Source of the DNA: Squalus acanthias
Lineage: Eukaryota
Assembly: GCA_030390025.1 (NCBI GenBank)
Contig: CM059432.1
Span: 115,570,001-115,634,000, forward strand
DNA length: 64,000 bases
Direction of reading: 5' to 3'
The translations under genes were made by a program, and so were the position numbers. The notes under the pieces were generated by a model. The model made no database searches and was not told the DNA's origin. It worked only from the letters and a program-made list of their open reading frames with translations. The number at the start of each line of letters is the position of its first letter. Position 1 is the first letter of the stretch. This document shows positions 12,723 through 26,149 of this stretch, piece by piece.

Positions 12723-15685
12723 GGGAACGGTAGCATAGTGATTAGCTTACTGGACTAGTGATCCAGAGAGGCGAGTTCAAATCCCACCACTGCAGCTGGG
12801 GCATTTAAATTCAGTTAATTAAATAATCTGGAACAAAAAGCTAATTATCAGTAATGGTGACCATGAAACCATCGGATTGCCATAAAAACCTGTCTGGTTC
12901 ACTAATGTCCTTTAGGGAAGGAAATCTGCCGTCCTTACCCGGTCGACCTATATGTGATTCCAGACCCACAGCTGCCCTCGGAAATGGCTTAGCAAGCCAC
13001 TCAGTTGTACACAACCGATAAGAATGAAACTGGACAGACCACTCGGAATCAACCTCGGCACCAGCTTCGGACAAGACAAAGGCACACCCGCACACCCAGC
13101 CCAGTCGACCCTGCAAAGTCCTCCTTGCTAATATCTGGGAACGAGTGCCAAAATTGGGAGAGCTGTACCACAGACTAGTCAAGCAACAGCCTGACATAGT
13201 CACACTCACGGAATCATACCTTTCAGCCAATGTCTCAGATTCCTCCATCACCATCCCTGGGTATGTCCTGTCCCACCGGCGGGACAGACCCACCAGAGGT
13301 GGCGGCACAGTCGGGAGGGAGAGGCCCCGGGAGTCCTCAACATCGAGTCCGAACCACATGAAGTTTCATGGCTTCAGGTCAAGCACTGGCAAGGAAACCA
13401 CCTACCGCCCTCCCTCAGCTAATGAATCAATACTCCTCCATTTGAACACCACTTGTCCATGACAACACTGGTAGCAGTGACCACTGCATAGTCATTGTGG
13501 AGACGAAATCACGTCTTCACACTGAGGACACCCTCCATCGTGTTGTGTGGCACTACCACCGTGCTAAATGGGATAGATTCAGAACACATCTAGCAGCTCA
13601 AAACTGGGCATCCATGAGTTGCTGTGAGCCATCAGCAGCAGCAGAATTGTATTCCACCACAATCTGTAACCTCATGGCCCGGCATATCCACCATTACCAC
13701 CAACCCTGGTTCAATGAGTGTAGAAGAGTATGCCAGGAGCAGCAGCAGGCGTACCTAAAAACGAGGTGCCAACTGGGGACGCTGCAACACAGGACTACAT
13801 GCATGCTAAACAACGGAAGCAGCGTGCTATAAATAGAGCTAAGCAATACCAAAATCAAAAGATTAGATCAAAGTCCTGCCACATCCAGTCGTGAATGGTG
13901 ATGGACCATTAAACAGCTAACGGGAGGAGGCGGTTCCAGGAATATCCCCATCCTCAATGATGACGGAGCCCAGTACGCTAGTGCAAAAGACAAGGCTGAA
14001 GCGTTTGCAACCATCTTCGCCAGAAGTGCCAAGTGGATGATCCATATCGGCCTCCTCCCGAGGTCCCCACCATCACAGAAGCCAATCTTCAGCCAATTCG
14101 ATTCACTCCATGTGAGATCAAGAAATGGCTGAGCGTACTGGATGCAGCAAAGGCCATGGGCCCTGACAACATCCCAGCTGTTGTGCTGAAGACTCGCGCT
14201 CCAGAATAGCCGTGCCCCGAGCCAAGCTGTTCCAGTATAGCTATAACACTAGCATCTACTTAACAATGTGGAAAACTGCCCAGGTATGTCCAGTCCACAA
14301 AAAGCAGGACAAATCCAATCCGGCCAATTACCGCCCCATCAATCTACTCTCAATCGTCAGCAAAGTGATGGAAGGTGCCGTCGACAAAGTGCTATCAAGC
14401 GGCACTTACTCACCAATAACCTGCTCACCGATGCTCAGTTTGGGTTCAGCCAGACCACTCGGCTCCAGACCTCATTACAGCCTTGGTCCAAACATGGACA
14501 AAAGAGCTGAATTCCAGAGGTGAGGTGAGAGTGACTGCCCTTGACATCAAGGCAGCATTTGACCGAGTGTGGCATCAAGAAGCCCTAGTAAAACTGAAGT
14601 CAATGGGAATAGAGGGGAAAACTCTCCACTGGCTGGAGTCATACCTAGCACAAAGGAAGATGGTTGTGGTTGTTGGAGGTCAATCATCTCAGCCCCAGGA
14701 CATCACTGCAGGAGTTCCTCAGGGCAGTGTCCTAGGCCCAACCATCTTCAGCAGCTTCATCAATGACCTACCCTCCAACATAAGGTCAGAAATGGGGATG
14801 GTCACTGATAATTGCACAGTGTTCAGTTCCATTCGCAACTCCTCAAATAATGAAGCAGTCCATATCCGAATGCAGCAAGACCTGGATGACATTCAGGCTT
14901 GGGCTGATAAGTGGCAAGTAACATTTGCACCATACAATGACTATCTCCAACAAGCGAGAGTCTAATCACCGCCCCTTGACATTCAACGGCATTACCATCA
15001 CCGAATCCCCCACCATCAACATCCTGGGGGGGTCACCATTGACCAGAAACTTAACTGGACCAGCCACATAAATATTGTGGCTACAAGAACAGGTCAGAGG
15101 CTGGGTATTCTGCGGCGAGTGTCTAACCTCCTGACTCCCCAAAGCCTTTTCACCATCTACAAGACACAAGTTAGGAATGTGATGGCATACTCTCCACTTG
15201 CCTGGATGAGTGCAGCTCGAACAACACTCAAGCAGCTCAACAGCCAGGACAAAGCAGCCCACTTGAGTGGTACCCCATCCACCACCTTAAACATTCACTC
15301 CCTCTACCACTGGCGCACCATGGCTGCAGTGTGTACCATCTACAAGATGCACTGCAGCAACTCGCCAAGGCTTCTTCGGCAGCACCTCCCAAACCCGCGA
15401 CCTCTACCACCTAGAAGGACAAGGGCAGCAGGCGCATGGGAACATCATCACCTCCAAGTTCCCCTCCAATTCACACACCATCCTGACTTGGAAATATATC
15501 ATCGTTCCTTCATCATCTCTGGGTCAAAATCCTGGAACTCCCTCCCGAACAGCACTGTGTGAGTACCTTCACCACACGGACTGCAGCGGTGGCTCACCAC
15601 CACCTTCTCAAGGGCAATTAGGGGTGGGCAATAAATGCTGGCCTTGTTAGCGATGCCCACATCCCAGGAACGAATATAAAAAAAT
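12723..15685 (+). mobile_element. CR1-group LINE (APE endonuclease plus RT), decayed, with a tRNA-like 5' head
   Basis: QQPDIVTLTESYL and RRDRPTRGGG (APE). NYRPINLLSIVSKVME, ALDIKAAFDRVWH, GVPQGSVLGP (RT). 3' tail GGGCAATAAATGCTGGCC...A-rich. Confidence 0.9.
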
Positions 15686-16580
15686 GACATCACAACGAAG
15701 GAGGCACTTCTTCCATCCGCCCCTTCTTATAGGAATTTAACAAAATAGAAAAAGGGATGGAGTCCCCAAGGAACCAGGACCTGCCCCCAATTCAGCACCC
15801 CTTCCACCCGATTTGTACTTTTATTCCACCCTCAGAAAGTCAAAGAATTTCCAAGCCATATTCTCCTTCAAAGTGACCTTTCCACGCAATAGGGGATAGA
15901 TTATCCCGTCCCTGCACCTGGAGCTATCAGATTACATGGGTGCAGTGGATGGAGGAAGATCAGGCAGGGAGGAGCACAGGCCCCTCATGCAGCCTGCCCG
16001 AATTCCTGCCCCACTGACTTGTTAAAACAGTTCACACGTGGTTGTTGTTTGCTGGTGATATTAAACACAATGTCAGTTCTAGTGACAGTATCCTACTTAG
16101 GATCACAGAAATTACAGCACAGAAAGAGGCCATTCGGCCCCCTGTGCCTATGCTATCTCTTCAGCTAAACTTATTTACTGTATTCTCATTTCCTTCTCCT
16201 TTCCTCATATTCTTTTATATTTTCCTTTTCCAGCTCCCCTTTAAATGAGGTATTGTTTCCGCTTCAATAGCCATTTGTGGCAAAGGGGGCAGAAATACAA
16301 GATAGTTACTAATAAATCCAATAGGGAAATAAGACATTTCTTTACTCAGAGCAAATAGCTTAGATGCTTTCAAAAGGAAACTGGATGAGAACACAGATGA
16401 GGTAGATGGAATGGGAGCAGACTTGTGTGGAGTATAAACACCAGCACAGACTAGTTGGGCTGAATGGCCTGTTTCTGTGCTGTAGATTCCATGTAATTCT
16501 GTGTAATTATGTAGCTAATTTTATCTCTTATCAAGCCCAAGATACAAAGTAAGGCAGCAGACAAAATACTCAAGGTTAAA

Positions 16581-17109
16581 ACAACAGAAAATGCTGGAAA
16601 CACTCAGGTCAGGCAGCATCTCAGGCAGCATCCGTGGAGAGAAAAACAATTCTGGCCTCGAGCATCCCCGATTTTAATTGGTCCACCATTGGCGGTCATG
16701 CCTTCAGCTGCCGTGGCCCTAAGCTCTGGAATTTCCTCCATAAACCTCTCCGCCTCTCTCTCTCCTCCTTTAAGACGCTCCTTGAAACCTACCTCTTTGA
16801 CCAAGCTTTTGATCATCTGTCCGAATATCTCATGTGGCTCGGTGTCAAATTTTTTCTGATATCGCACCTGTGGAGCGCCTTGGAATGGTTTACTATGTTA
16901 AAGGCGCTATAATTACAAGTTGTTGTTCTTGTTGATTTAGCTCTGAGATATTGAACAGCAATATCCCAGACACTGAGCTCACACCAGAAAGTGAAGTCAT
17001 GTTCCATCACTGCTTTTCTCTCTCCACGGATACTGCCTGACTTGCGGAGTGTTTCCAGCATTTTCTGTTGTTGTTTCGGATTTCCAGCATCCGCTGTATT
17101 TTGCTATTG
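16581..17109 (+). mobile_element. Composite insertion: inverted Penelope tail, cargo, forward Penelope tail
   Basis: 16581-16647 is a reverse tail and 17014-17109 a forward tail. Bounded by the exact 14-bp repeat TACTCAAGGTTAAA at 16567-16580 and 17110-17123. Confidence 0.75.
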
Positions 17110-17127
17110 TACTCAAGGTTAAAGGTA

Positions 17128-17441
17128 GGCAACACGGTGGCATAGTGGTTAGCACTGTTGCCTCACAGCGCCAGAGACCCGGGTTCGAATCCAGCGTCGG
17201 GTGACTGTCTGTGTGGAGTTTGCACATTCTCCCCGTGTCTGCGTGGGTTTCCTCCGGGTGCTCCGGTTTCCTCCCACAGTCCAAAGATGTGCAGGTTAGG
17301 TTGATTTGGCTATGATAAATTGATCCTTAGTGTTAGGGGGATTAAATACGTGGGGTTACGGGGATAGGGTGGGATATGTGTCGGTGCAGGCTCGATGGGC
17401 CGAAATGGCCTCTATCTGCACTGTGGGGATTCTATGATTCT
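17128..17441 (+). mobile_element. tRNA-derived V-SINE (HE1-like) with a CR1-type tail
   Basis: A box TGGCATAGTGG, B box GGTTCGAATCC, V-domain TGTGTGGAGTTTGCACATTCTCCCCGTGTCTGCGTGGGTTTCCTCCGGGTGCTCCGGTTTCCTCCCACA, tail ATTCTATGATTCT. Confidence 0.88.
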
Positions 17442-18431
17442 GTGCTATATGTAGCAGTAGATAGCAGTTGGGGGGGAGGAGGTAAGTGAATAGTATGGAG
17501 GATGAGCAATGGACTCTTCAGGGAAGTGAATAATTGTGACTGGGGTAATAGAAAGGTGGGAAACATTGGGTATGGGAGGGGGGAGTAGGTACTGGTAAGT
17601 CGGGAGGGAAGAACCTTTTTGCTCATACACTGCAGCTAGATACAAAACTAGCACACCTGTGCTGAAATTAAAATGTGTACATTTTCTAAATCTCAACAAA
17701 ACAAAGGTTTGCACGATAAGCTTTCAAAATTCAATTTATTATTTTTCAAACAAAACACAAATTAAGAACTGAAGATTCCCAAGGTCTGGCAGCACTAGGT
17801 GACACCCAACTATAATGGTGGAGGAGAGGAGGGAGATGACAGTCTGCAGGAGCATGGGGAGAGGGGAGGGAAGATACTGATTTTTAGCAGCACCGAGCGG
17901 GGTAGAGGCCATGCATATGTGATTGAACGCCATAACAAACAAAACGCAAAAAAGGGAGGGCCACTAGACCGTACAGCACGAGATGACATGCAGGGTGAAG
18001 AGCCATCAGTATGCGGAAAGGGGCAAAAGGGAGAGGGTCTAACACACATGATACAAACCACTGGACAGATGGAGTCGGATATGATCTACCTCTTAGCTGC
18101 ATAAACACTATATTTACTTATATAGCTCGTCATTTGCCTAATTTAAACAATCACAAATCAGAAAAGCTTTCTTGCTGTTGGCCAGAGTTAAGCGGGATTT
18201 GTCTCCCCCTACAGTAACAGAATTTAACAACATTGTCCAGGACCTATGCAGTTACCATTAGGTATCTTCAAAACAACTTGTATTTCTATATCATGTGCAA
18301 AGAGATGCCTCAAAAAGCTTCACAGGGCAGTAGATAGCGAGTAGGTGCCGAGCAGAAAACAAATTATATTGTCAGTTATTCTGTTTACCTCCTATTGTCC
18401 TGCCTACGCATATGCCTACAAAACCCTGTTA

Positions 18432-18757
18432 CAGGAAACTCTTTATTAACCGGCACCGACGGGATCGGCGTTATATCTCCCAACGTACGAGAGCCCCGTA
18501 CACACCGACATGCGCCTGCATTCGGAGCTCCGTCTCCCCGGGGACCGCCAGCTGACCATCTGTCGTGTCCGCTGCCTACCCGGGCTGCACATTCCCCTCC
18601 CAATCTACATGCTCCGATACAAGGCAAACGCCTCGGGGTTTTTTTAAAGTTATTTTTAAAGGAGAGATGAAGGAAAACCCCGGTTACCTACTCAAGAATT
18701 TTGCCGGTTAAGAGAGATTTCCGGTTATTTGGGTGCCGGTTAAAAGAGAGTTTCCTG
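18432..18757 (+). mobile_element. Tc1/mariner (Tigger/pogo-like) MITE, copy 2
   Basis: TA TSD. TIR CAGGAAACTCTTTATTAACCGGCACC / GGTGCCGGTTAAAAGAGAGTTTCCTG. Interior is nearly identical to 1902-2264. Confidence 0.9.
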
Positions 18758-19624
18758 TACTGTCTATGTACTCTCTCTGTATCCCATTCTACCCCAAACT
18801 TGTACTTTTCAAAAAAGGCTAAAAGTGCAGAAGATCTGAAGAGTATATTTTTATCTAATCTAAATTTTTATTGTAGCACTCCTTATGTATTATTAATGAA
18901 TTCCAACAAAGTACTAAGATACAAGATACATTAATGGGCATCCAACATCTGAAAAACCACATCCGTTGCTGAAGTACCCCTTCCTTTGCTTGTACTGCAG
19001 CTCTTTGCCTTATCACCTGTAATTTGCTGTAATGTGGCTCTTTATCTTCTACCCACATTATTGGCTGAACTGATGCCAACGTAAACTGTTGGCTACTTTA
19101 CTAGACATAGAATTACATCAAGCCAGAAGAATTTTGTGAAGTGACAAGCACAGGACTGCTTTGAGTTGGAGTGCCACTGAGCAAGGTACATGCTAAGGGT
19201 ACAGAGAGCATTTTCTGGTCAAACTGTATGACAGAGTTGTACTTTTAAACTATTAGGTCAACCAGAAGATAAGAGGAAATTACACAAACTGCTACTTTTT
19301 AGGGAACAGAGGGCTGGAAAGCAAAGGAAATGTTTACTGAAAATTATAGTGCAGAAAACATGGGGAAGATTGGGGGAAAAAAAGCTGCTCAGTGCCCAGG
19401 TGTGGCATGTGATTCTGAGTTGATACATCTCCTTTATGGACACGGAGGCAGATATATATGTAGCTAATGGTAGCAGGGACCCATTTTGGTGTTGCCCTCC
19501 CAGGATCTGATCTACATAAACAGGGCCTGAAAGCTTCCAGCTTTTTGTTAGATAGGACTTTCTCCTTTTGGCTTGAGCTCTAAAAATGTGTCCATTCCTG
19601 CAGCAGATACATTTACTATTCATA

Positions 19625-20915
19625 AAATCATACAGCACTGAAGGTCATTCGGTCCATCATGCTTGTGAAAGAGCTATCCAAATAGTCCCACTCCCTTGAT
19701 CTTTCCCCACAGCCCTGTAATTTTTTCACCCCTTCAAGTATTTATTTAATTCTCTTTTGAATATTATTGAACCTGCTTCCACCACCCGTTCAGGCAGTGC
19801 ATTCCAGATCACAACAACTTGCTGTGTTAAAAAAAACCTCATGTTGCCTCTGGTTCTTTTGCCAATTACCTTAAATCTGTGTCCTCTGGTTACTGACTCT
19901 TCTACCACTGGAAACAGTTTCTCCTTATTTACTCTATCAAAACTGTTCATGATTTTGAACACCTCTATTAAATCGCCTCTTAACCTTCTCTGCTCTAAGG
20001 CAAACAATCCCAGCTTCTCCACATAACTGAAGTCCTTCATCTCTAGTACCATTCATAGTAAATCTCTTCTGCACCCCCTCTAAGACCTTGACATCCTTCC
20101 TAAAGTGTGGTGCCCAGAATTGAACACAATATTCCAGCTGAGGCCTAACCAGTGGTTTATAAAGGTTTAGCATAACTTTCTTGCTTTTGTACTCTATGCG
20201 TTTATTAATAAATCCAAGGATCCCATGTTTTAACAGCCTTCTCAACTTATCCTGCCACCTTCAAAGATTTGTATACATACAATCCCAGGTTTCTCTGTTC
20301 CTGCACCCCTTTTAAAATTTGTATCATTTAGTTTATATTGCATCTCCTCATTCTTCCTTCAAAAATGTATTACTTCACACTTCGCGGCATTAAATTTCAT
20401 CTGCCATGTGTCTGCCCATTTCACCAGTCTGTCTATGTGCTCCGGAAGTCTGTTACTATCCTCCTCATTGTTCACTATATTTGAGTTTTGTGTCACCTGC
20501 AAACTTTCAAATTATACCCTGTATGCACAAGTCCAGGTCATTAATATATATCAAAAAGAGCAGTGGTCCTAATACCGAACTCTGGGGAACACCACTGTAT
20601 ACTTCCCTATAGTCTGAAAAACAACCATTCACCACTACTCTCCGTTTTCTGTCCTTTAGCCAATTCCGTGTCCATGCTGCCACCGGTCCTTTAATCCCAT
20701 AGGCTTTAATTTTGCTAACAAGTCGATTATATGGTACTTTGTCAAACGTCTTTTGAAAGTCCATATAAACATCAACCACTCTACCCTCATCAACCCTCTC
20801 TGTTACTTCATCAAAGAAATCTATCAAGTTAATCAAACACGATTTGCCTTCAACAAATCTGTGCTGACTTTCATTTATTAGTTATTTCCAAGTGCCAGTT
20901 AAATTTGTCCTGGAT
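19625..20915 (-). mobile_element. CR1 LINE 3' fragment
   Basis: [64 protein letters not shown]. Confidence 0.92.
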
Positions 20916-21790
20916 TCTGATAAAAGCACATCTTAATAAGCACACCGTATAAATATCTTTTAGCAACATCACCTCCAGAGCTTCCATTCTGGTCCTGTTA
21001 AAATATTAGACTGAAAATTCAAGTTATTCTTTTGTTACCGAGGAGGTTACTCATAACTTCAGATGTATATTCCACGTTCACTAGTGTTAATTCACTGATG
21101 TGTGCCTGCTATTACTGAGAACAGCATCGTCAGAAAAGGTTCAAGAATTGTAGACTTTGCTAAATGTCTTCAAATATAGCTAAAACTTCCTGTCTTTAGC
21201 CACATTTAATAATCAAGAAGTTAAGCAAAATGCTTTAAAAACAACACGTGTACTCTCATGCTCATTATTGCAATGTTCCCAATGCTCTGGAGCTCCTGTG
21301 CAGCCAGCTCACCGGCTTTTAAATGGAAAAACCACGCATATGTGGAATTTTGAATGGGTCGCGCCGCTAGAAAAAATTAGAGGGAACAGTGCATTACTGG
21401 AACATCTGCTATTTTGGTTGGTGTATAAGTCACTTTTGCAATTTTCACACTTGATGACAACACACCAATCATATCCGTGCATGTTTCTAGTTTGCAGGTC
21501 AGAAAAACCTTCACAAAACCGTGGCTTATACTGCTGCTAGCCAGAATTATGTTTTGTGATTCACTTGTGAGACGGCCCATAATTCACCTCAGAGTATCCA
21601 GTCAATCTTACTTGAAATATTTATCTCATTACATTACTGGCTATGACATATCCATTTATCCATGCTCACAATCAATTCAGGCTCTACTCTGGCACTAACC
21701 CAAGCTGGACATTATTTATTTTACAACAAACTAAAGTAGGAACCCTTTTTACAACAAATTACAGAACACAAAAATATAAGCATCACTCAC

Positions 21791-21990
21791 CTCGCCATTG
21801 CAAGCCCCAGAGATTATTGTGGATAAACTCTTGAAGTGTTTGGCCATACAGTGCACACCATCCCTGTGACCATCAAGTGATGCTACAAATGGTTTAGCAA
21901 AAACCCGTTCCAGTTTGGTTGCATTCAGTGCTCTAGTGTATTCCCGAGGTACCTCAAATGGATGCAGTGCAGGGTCATAATTCCTTGGAA
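21791..21990 (-). CDS. DCAF13: DCAF13 coding exon 2
   Basis: TTTTCAG acceptor, (V)PRNYDPALHPFEVPREYTRALNATKLERVFAKPFVASLDGHRDGVHCMAKHFKSLSTIISGACNGE, GTGAGT donor. 200 nt, phase compatible with exon 1. Confidence 0.97.
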
Positions 21991-22329
21991 CTGAAAATAT
22001 AGAAATTGGAGATTTAACAAATTAGAACAAAGCTAATTATTTTGCAATTAAGTTCTCTAATGATTAATAAAGAAGCAAACACACCTTGGCAGTAGTGGTA
22101 TTGGACCAGGCTGCACACCAGTAATTCTCTCTCTTTCCCCACCCCCCACCTCTTCTCCAGTTTTCTCTCCCACAGCAATATGGCTTGAAACTACCCCAGA
22201 GCCTGCAGTACTGGGCTTCCATTAATAGATTGGTGTATTATTGATCATAAATTCAATTACTATTTATTTTCAAGTAAGCATTTATTAATTCTAATCTTCT
22301 GAGAAGAACCAGGGTAGATAGCTGTCCAC

Positions 22330-23728
22330 AGAATAATTTATTTATTCACAGCAAGAAAGAAAAGGATAAGAGACTTTGGTGGTAGTTGTTTACAGACCTC
22401 CAGATGAAGTAGCAGGATACATAAATGCGGAGATCAGAGAAGCTTGTTGCAAAAACAGAGTAGTTATAATGGGAGACTTCAATTTTCATATAGACTGGGG
22501 GAAGCAGAACAGCTAGTTTCCCAAAGGCAGCGAATTTTTTGTGTACACTCGGGACAGTTTTCTGGAACAATATGTTCTTGAACCAACAAGGGAACAGGCC
22601 ATCTTAGATTCAGTAATGAGTAATGAGCCTGAATTAGTCAATAATCTAACGGTAAGGGAACTCAGCGATCATAATGTAACAGAATTCAATATTAGGTTTG
22701 AGAGGGAGAAGGGTGAGTCACGAACCAAGGTTTTAAATTTAGGTAAGGCGGACTTGAGGGATGAGGCAGAAATTAACCACAGTAGACTGGGCAGAACTAT
22801 TACTGGATGAAACTACAGATGAACAGTGGGAAGTGTTCAAAGAAGTATTTGGTACAAGACCTGTACAGACGCCTAAAGGGCAAGAGCTCTACTCATGTAA
22901 TTAAACAAGCTTGGTCAACAAGAGATGCGAGAGACAGTATAAAACTAAAAGGGCTGATACGAATGCAAATAATTTATAAATATAGTGAAAAGCTGAGGCA
23001 CCAATACGGATCCCTAGGGGACACCACTAATCACATCCTGCCAATTAGAGTACATACCCATTATCCCTATACTCTGTCTCCTACTTCCAAACCAATTCCC
23101 TACCCATGTCAATAGGTTGCCTCCAATTCAATGTGTTCTCATTTTTGTTAACAGTCTCGTGTGGAACCTTGTCAAATTCCTTCTGGAATTCCATATAAAC
23201 AACATCCACAGACATTCTCTTATCTACCACGTCAGTTACCTCCTCAAAAAATTCAACTAGGTTCGTTAGACATGGCTTATCCGGGGCTACAAGGGTTAAA
23301 TTATGAGGACACGTTGCTTAGACTAGGCTTGTATTCCCTTGAATATAGAGGATTAATGGGTGATCTAATTGAGGTGTTTAAGATAATTAAAGGATTTGCT
23401 GGGGTAGATAGAGAAATTATTTCTTCTGGTGGGTGAATCCAGACAAGGGGACATAACCTTAAAATTAGAGCTAGGCTGTTTAGGGGTGAAGTCAGAAAGC
23501 ACTTCTTCCCACAAAGCGTAGTGGAAATCTGGAACTCTTTCCCCCAAAAGCTGTTGAGGCTGGGGGTCAATTGAAAATTTCAAAATGGAGATTGATAGAT
23601 TTTTGTTAGGCAAGGGTATTAAGGGTTATGGATCCAAAACAGGTAGATGGATTTAAAATACAGATCACCCATGGTCTAATTGAATGGTGGAACAGGCTCG
23701 AGGGGCTGAATGGCCGACTCATGTTCCT
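22330..23728. mobile_element. Jumbled CR1 fragments: endonuclease piece (+, to about 22970), RT piece (-, 22985-23275), 3' end (+, 23280-23728)
   Basis: FLEQYVLEPTREQAILD...SDHN; MGDFN; GDLIEVFKIIKG; CR1 tail. Confidence 0.8.
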
Positions 23729-24007
23729 AAGAAAATGTAGTGCAGTGGAAACTTTTGAATAGTCCAAACTTCATCTGTGGCATGATACAATTGCAATCTA
23801 TTCTTAATTCAAAGTTAATTTTTGCTGGATAGAAAATTGAATTATGCAGTGGTATGAATGAAGCAATTTTAACAAAAAAGCACACCAAAACACTACACAA
23901 ACACATCTCTGCCTTTAATGCTCTCATTCCACTAAAGTATTCGCCAGCTCCCACAGGTGCAATTCCCCCAGTACAGTCCCCATCTTTGTTACACAATTAT
24001 CGAATCA

Positions 24008-25265
24008 AACAGCACAGAAGCAGGCCAATCGGCCCTTCATGCCTGTGCCGGCTCTTTGAAAGAACTATCCGTTTAGTCCCACTCTCCTGCTCTTTCCCCA
24101 TAGCCCTGCAATTTTCTCCCCTTCAAGTATGTATCCAATTCCCTTTTGAAAGTTACGACTGAATCTGCTTCCACTATGCTTTCAGGCAGTGCATTCCAGA
24201 TCATACTAACTCACTGTGTGAACAAATTTCTCATCTCGTCTCTGGTTCTTTTGCCAATTACTTTAAATCTGTGTCCTCTGGTTACCAACCCTTCTGCCAC
24301 TGGAAAGTTTTTCCTTATTTACTCATCAAAACCCTTCATGATTTTGAACACCTCTATTAAATCTCCTCATCCTTCTCTGCTCTAAGGAGAACAACCCCAG
24401 CTTCTCTCGTCCCTCCACACAACTGAAGTCCCTCAGCCCGGTACCATTCTAGTAAATCTCCTCTGCAAGGCCTTGACATCTTTCCGAAAGTGTGGTGCCC
24501 AGAATTAGACATAATACTCCAGCTAAGGCCTAACCAGTGATTTATAAAGGTTTAGCATAACTTCCTTGCTCTTGTACACTATGCCTTTAGCATCATTATT
24601 TATAAAGCCATAGATCCCATATGCCTTTTTAACAGCCTTCTCAACTTGTCCTGCCACCTTCAAAGATTTCTGTATGTAAACAACCAAGTCTCTCTGTTCC
24701 TGCAGCTCCTTTAAAATTGTACCATTTAGTTTATATTGCCTCTCCTCATTCTTCCTTCCAAAATGCATCACTTCACACTTCGCTGCATTAAATTTCATTG
24801 TCATATGTCTGCACATTTCACCAGTCTGTCTATTTCCTCCTGAAGTCTATTGTTATCCTCCTCACTGTTTACTACATTTGAGTTTTGTGTCATCTGCAAA
24901 CTTTGAAATTATGTCCTGTATATGCAAGTCCATGTCATGAATACACATCAAAAAGAGCAGTGTTCCTAATACTGACGCCTGGGGAACACCATTGTATACT
25001 TTCCCCCAGTCTGAAAAACAACCGTTCACCGCTGCTCTCTGCTTTCTCCCCTTTAGCCAATTTCACATCCACGCTACCACTACCCTGGGCTTCAAGTTTG
25101 CCAACAAGTCTATTACGTGGTACTTCATCAAACGCCTTTTGAAAGTCCATATACACATCAAACACACTATCCTCATCAACCCTCTCTGTTACTTCAAAAG
25201 AACTCAATCAAGTTAGTCAAACACTATTTGCCTTTAACAAATCCTTCCTGGTTGTCATTGATAAC
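24008..25265 (-). mobile_element. CR1 LINE 3' fragment, similar to 19625-20915
   Basis: VYMDFQKAFDEVP, KFNAAKCEVMHFGRKN, LYKSLVRP. Confidence 0.9.
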
Positions 25266-25507
25266 CCAAGACTCCTTTTCTCCTCAAACCACTATCACCC
25301 ACTCTCATCTCCAACACTTTGAAAAGCTCATGCAATTCTTGGTATCAAGACGAAGACTGACCACTCAATTACTCTGCTGTTAACCTTTCTTTCCTCTCTG
25401 CCCCCTGCTCCCAATCTTCCCCAGCCTCTTTCTCACTCTAGTCCCAATCCATAACTTCAGTTTCTATCCCATCTCTTCCCTGCCTTCTCCAAGCTCATCT
25501 CAGGTAT

Positions 25508-25922
25508 CAGCCTTCGCTCAGTGGTAGCACTCTCATCTATGAATCAGAAGATCATGGGTACAAGCCTCACTCCAAGACTTAAGCATAATCTAGGCTGATG
25601 CTTCAGTACAGTAGTGAGAGAGTGCTACGCTGTTGGAGATGCTGTCTTTCGGGTGATGGATTAAATTGAAGTCCCATTTGCCCTTTCGGGCAAGTATAAA
25701 ATATCCCATGGCAGCATTCAAAGAGAAGGTGGGAGCTCTCCCACTGTCCTGGCCAATATTTTTCCAATATAACTAAAACAAATTATCTGGTCATTTATCT
25801 CATTGGTGTTTGTGCACAAATTGGCTGTCCTGTTTCCCTACATTACACTTCAAAACTACTTGATTGGCTCTGAAGTGTTTTGGGGTGTCTTGAAGTCATG
25901 AAATATGCCATATAAATGCATC
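25508..25922 (+). mobile_element. Decayed tRNA-headed DeuSINE (SacSINE1-like)
   Basis: GCTCAGTGGTAGCACTCTC head. Deu-domain-like GGCTGATGCTTCAGTACAGTAGTGAGAGAGTGCTACGCTGTTGGAGATGCTGTCTTTCGG. L2-like tail. Confidence 0.65.
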
Positions 25923-26149
25923 TCTACAATGCCTTCTTTTTCTTTCCTTACCGTCACCTCCAGAGCCCCACCCAAAGATCTATCCTTGGTTCCTAGGCAC
26001 AGGGTCAGTTTTCATATGTTGATACCAAGTTTGACCTATCCTCCACTCTACAACCAACTCTGCTATCAGACTACATATCCAACATCAAGTCATGGATAAG
26101 TCGCAACTTCCTCCGATTGAGCACAAGGAAGGCCAAAGCCATGGATTTC

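Noticed and set aside
17128..17200. tRNA gene
   Set aside because: The A and B boxes continue into a V-SINE body and CR1-type tail. It is a SINE head, like those at 12723 and 25508.
17739..18217. Cluster of overlapping short ORFs
   Set aside because: Purine-rich, low-complexity sequence with no recognisable motif or supported splice structure.
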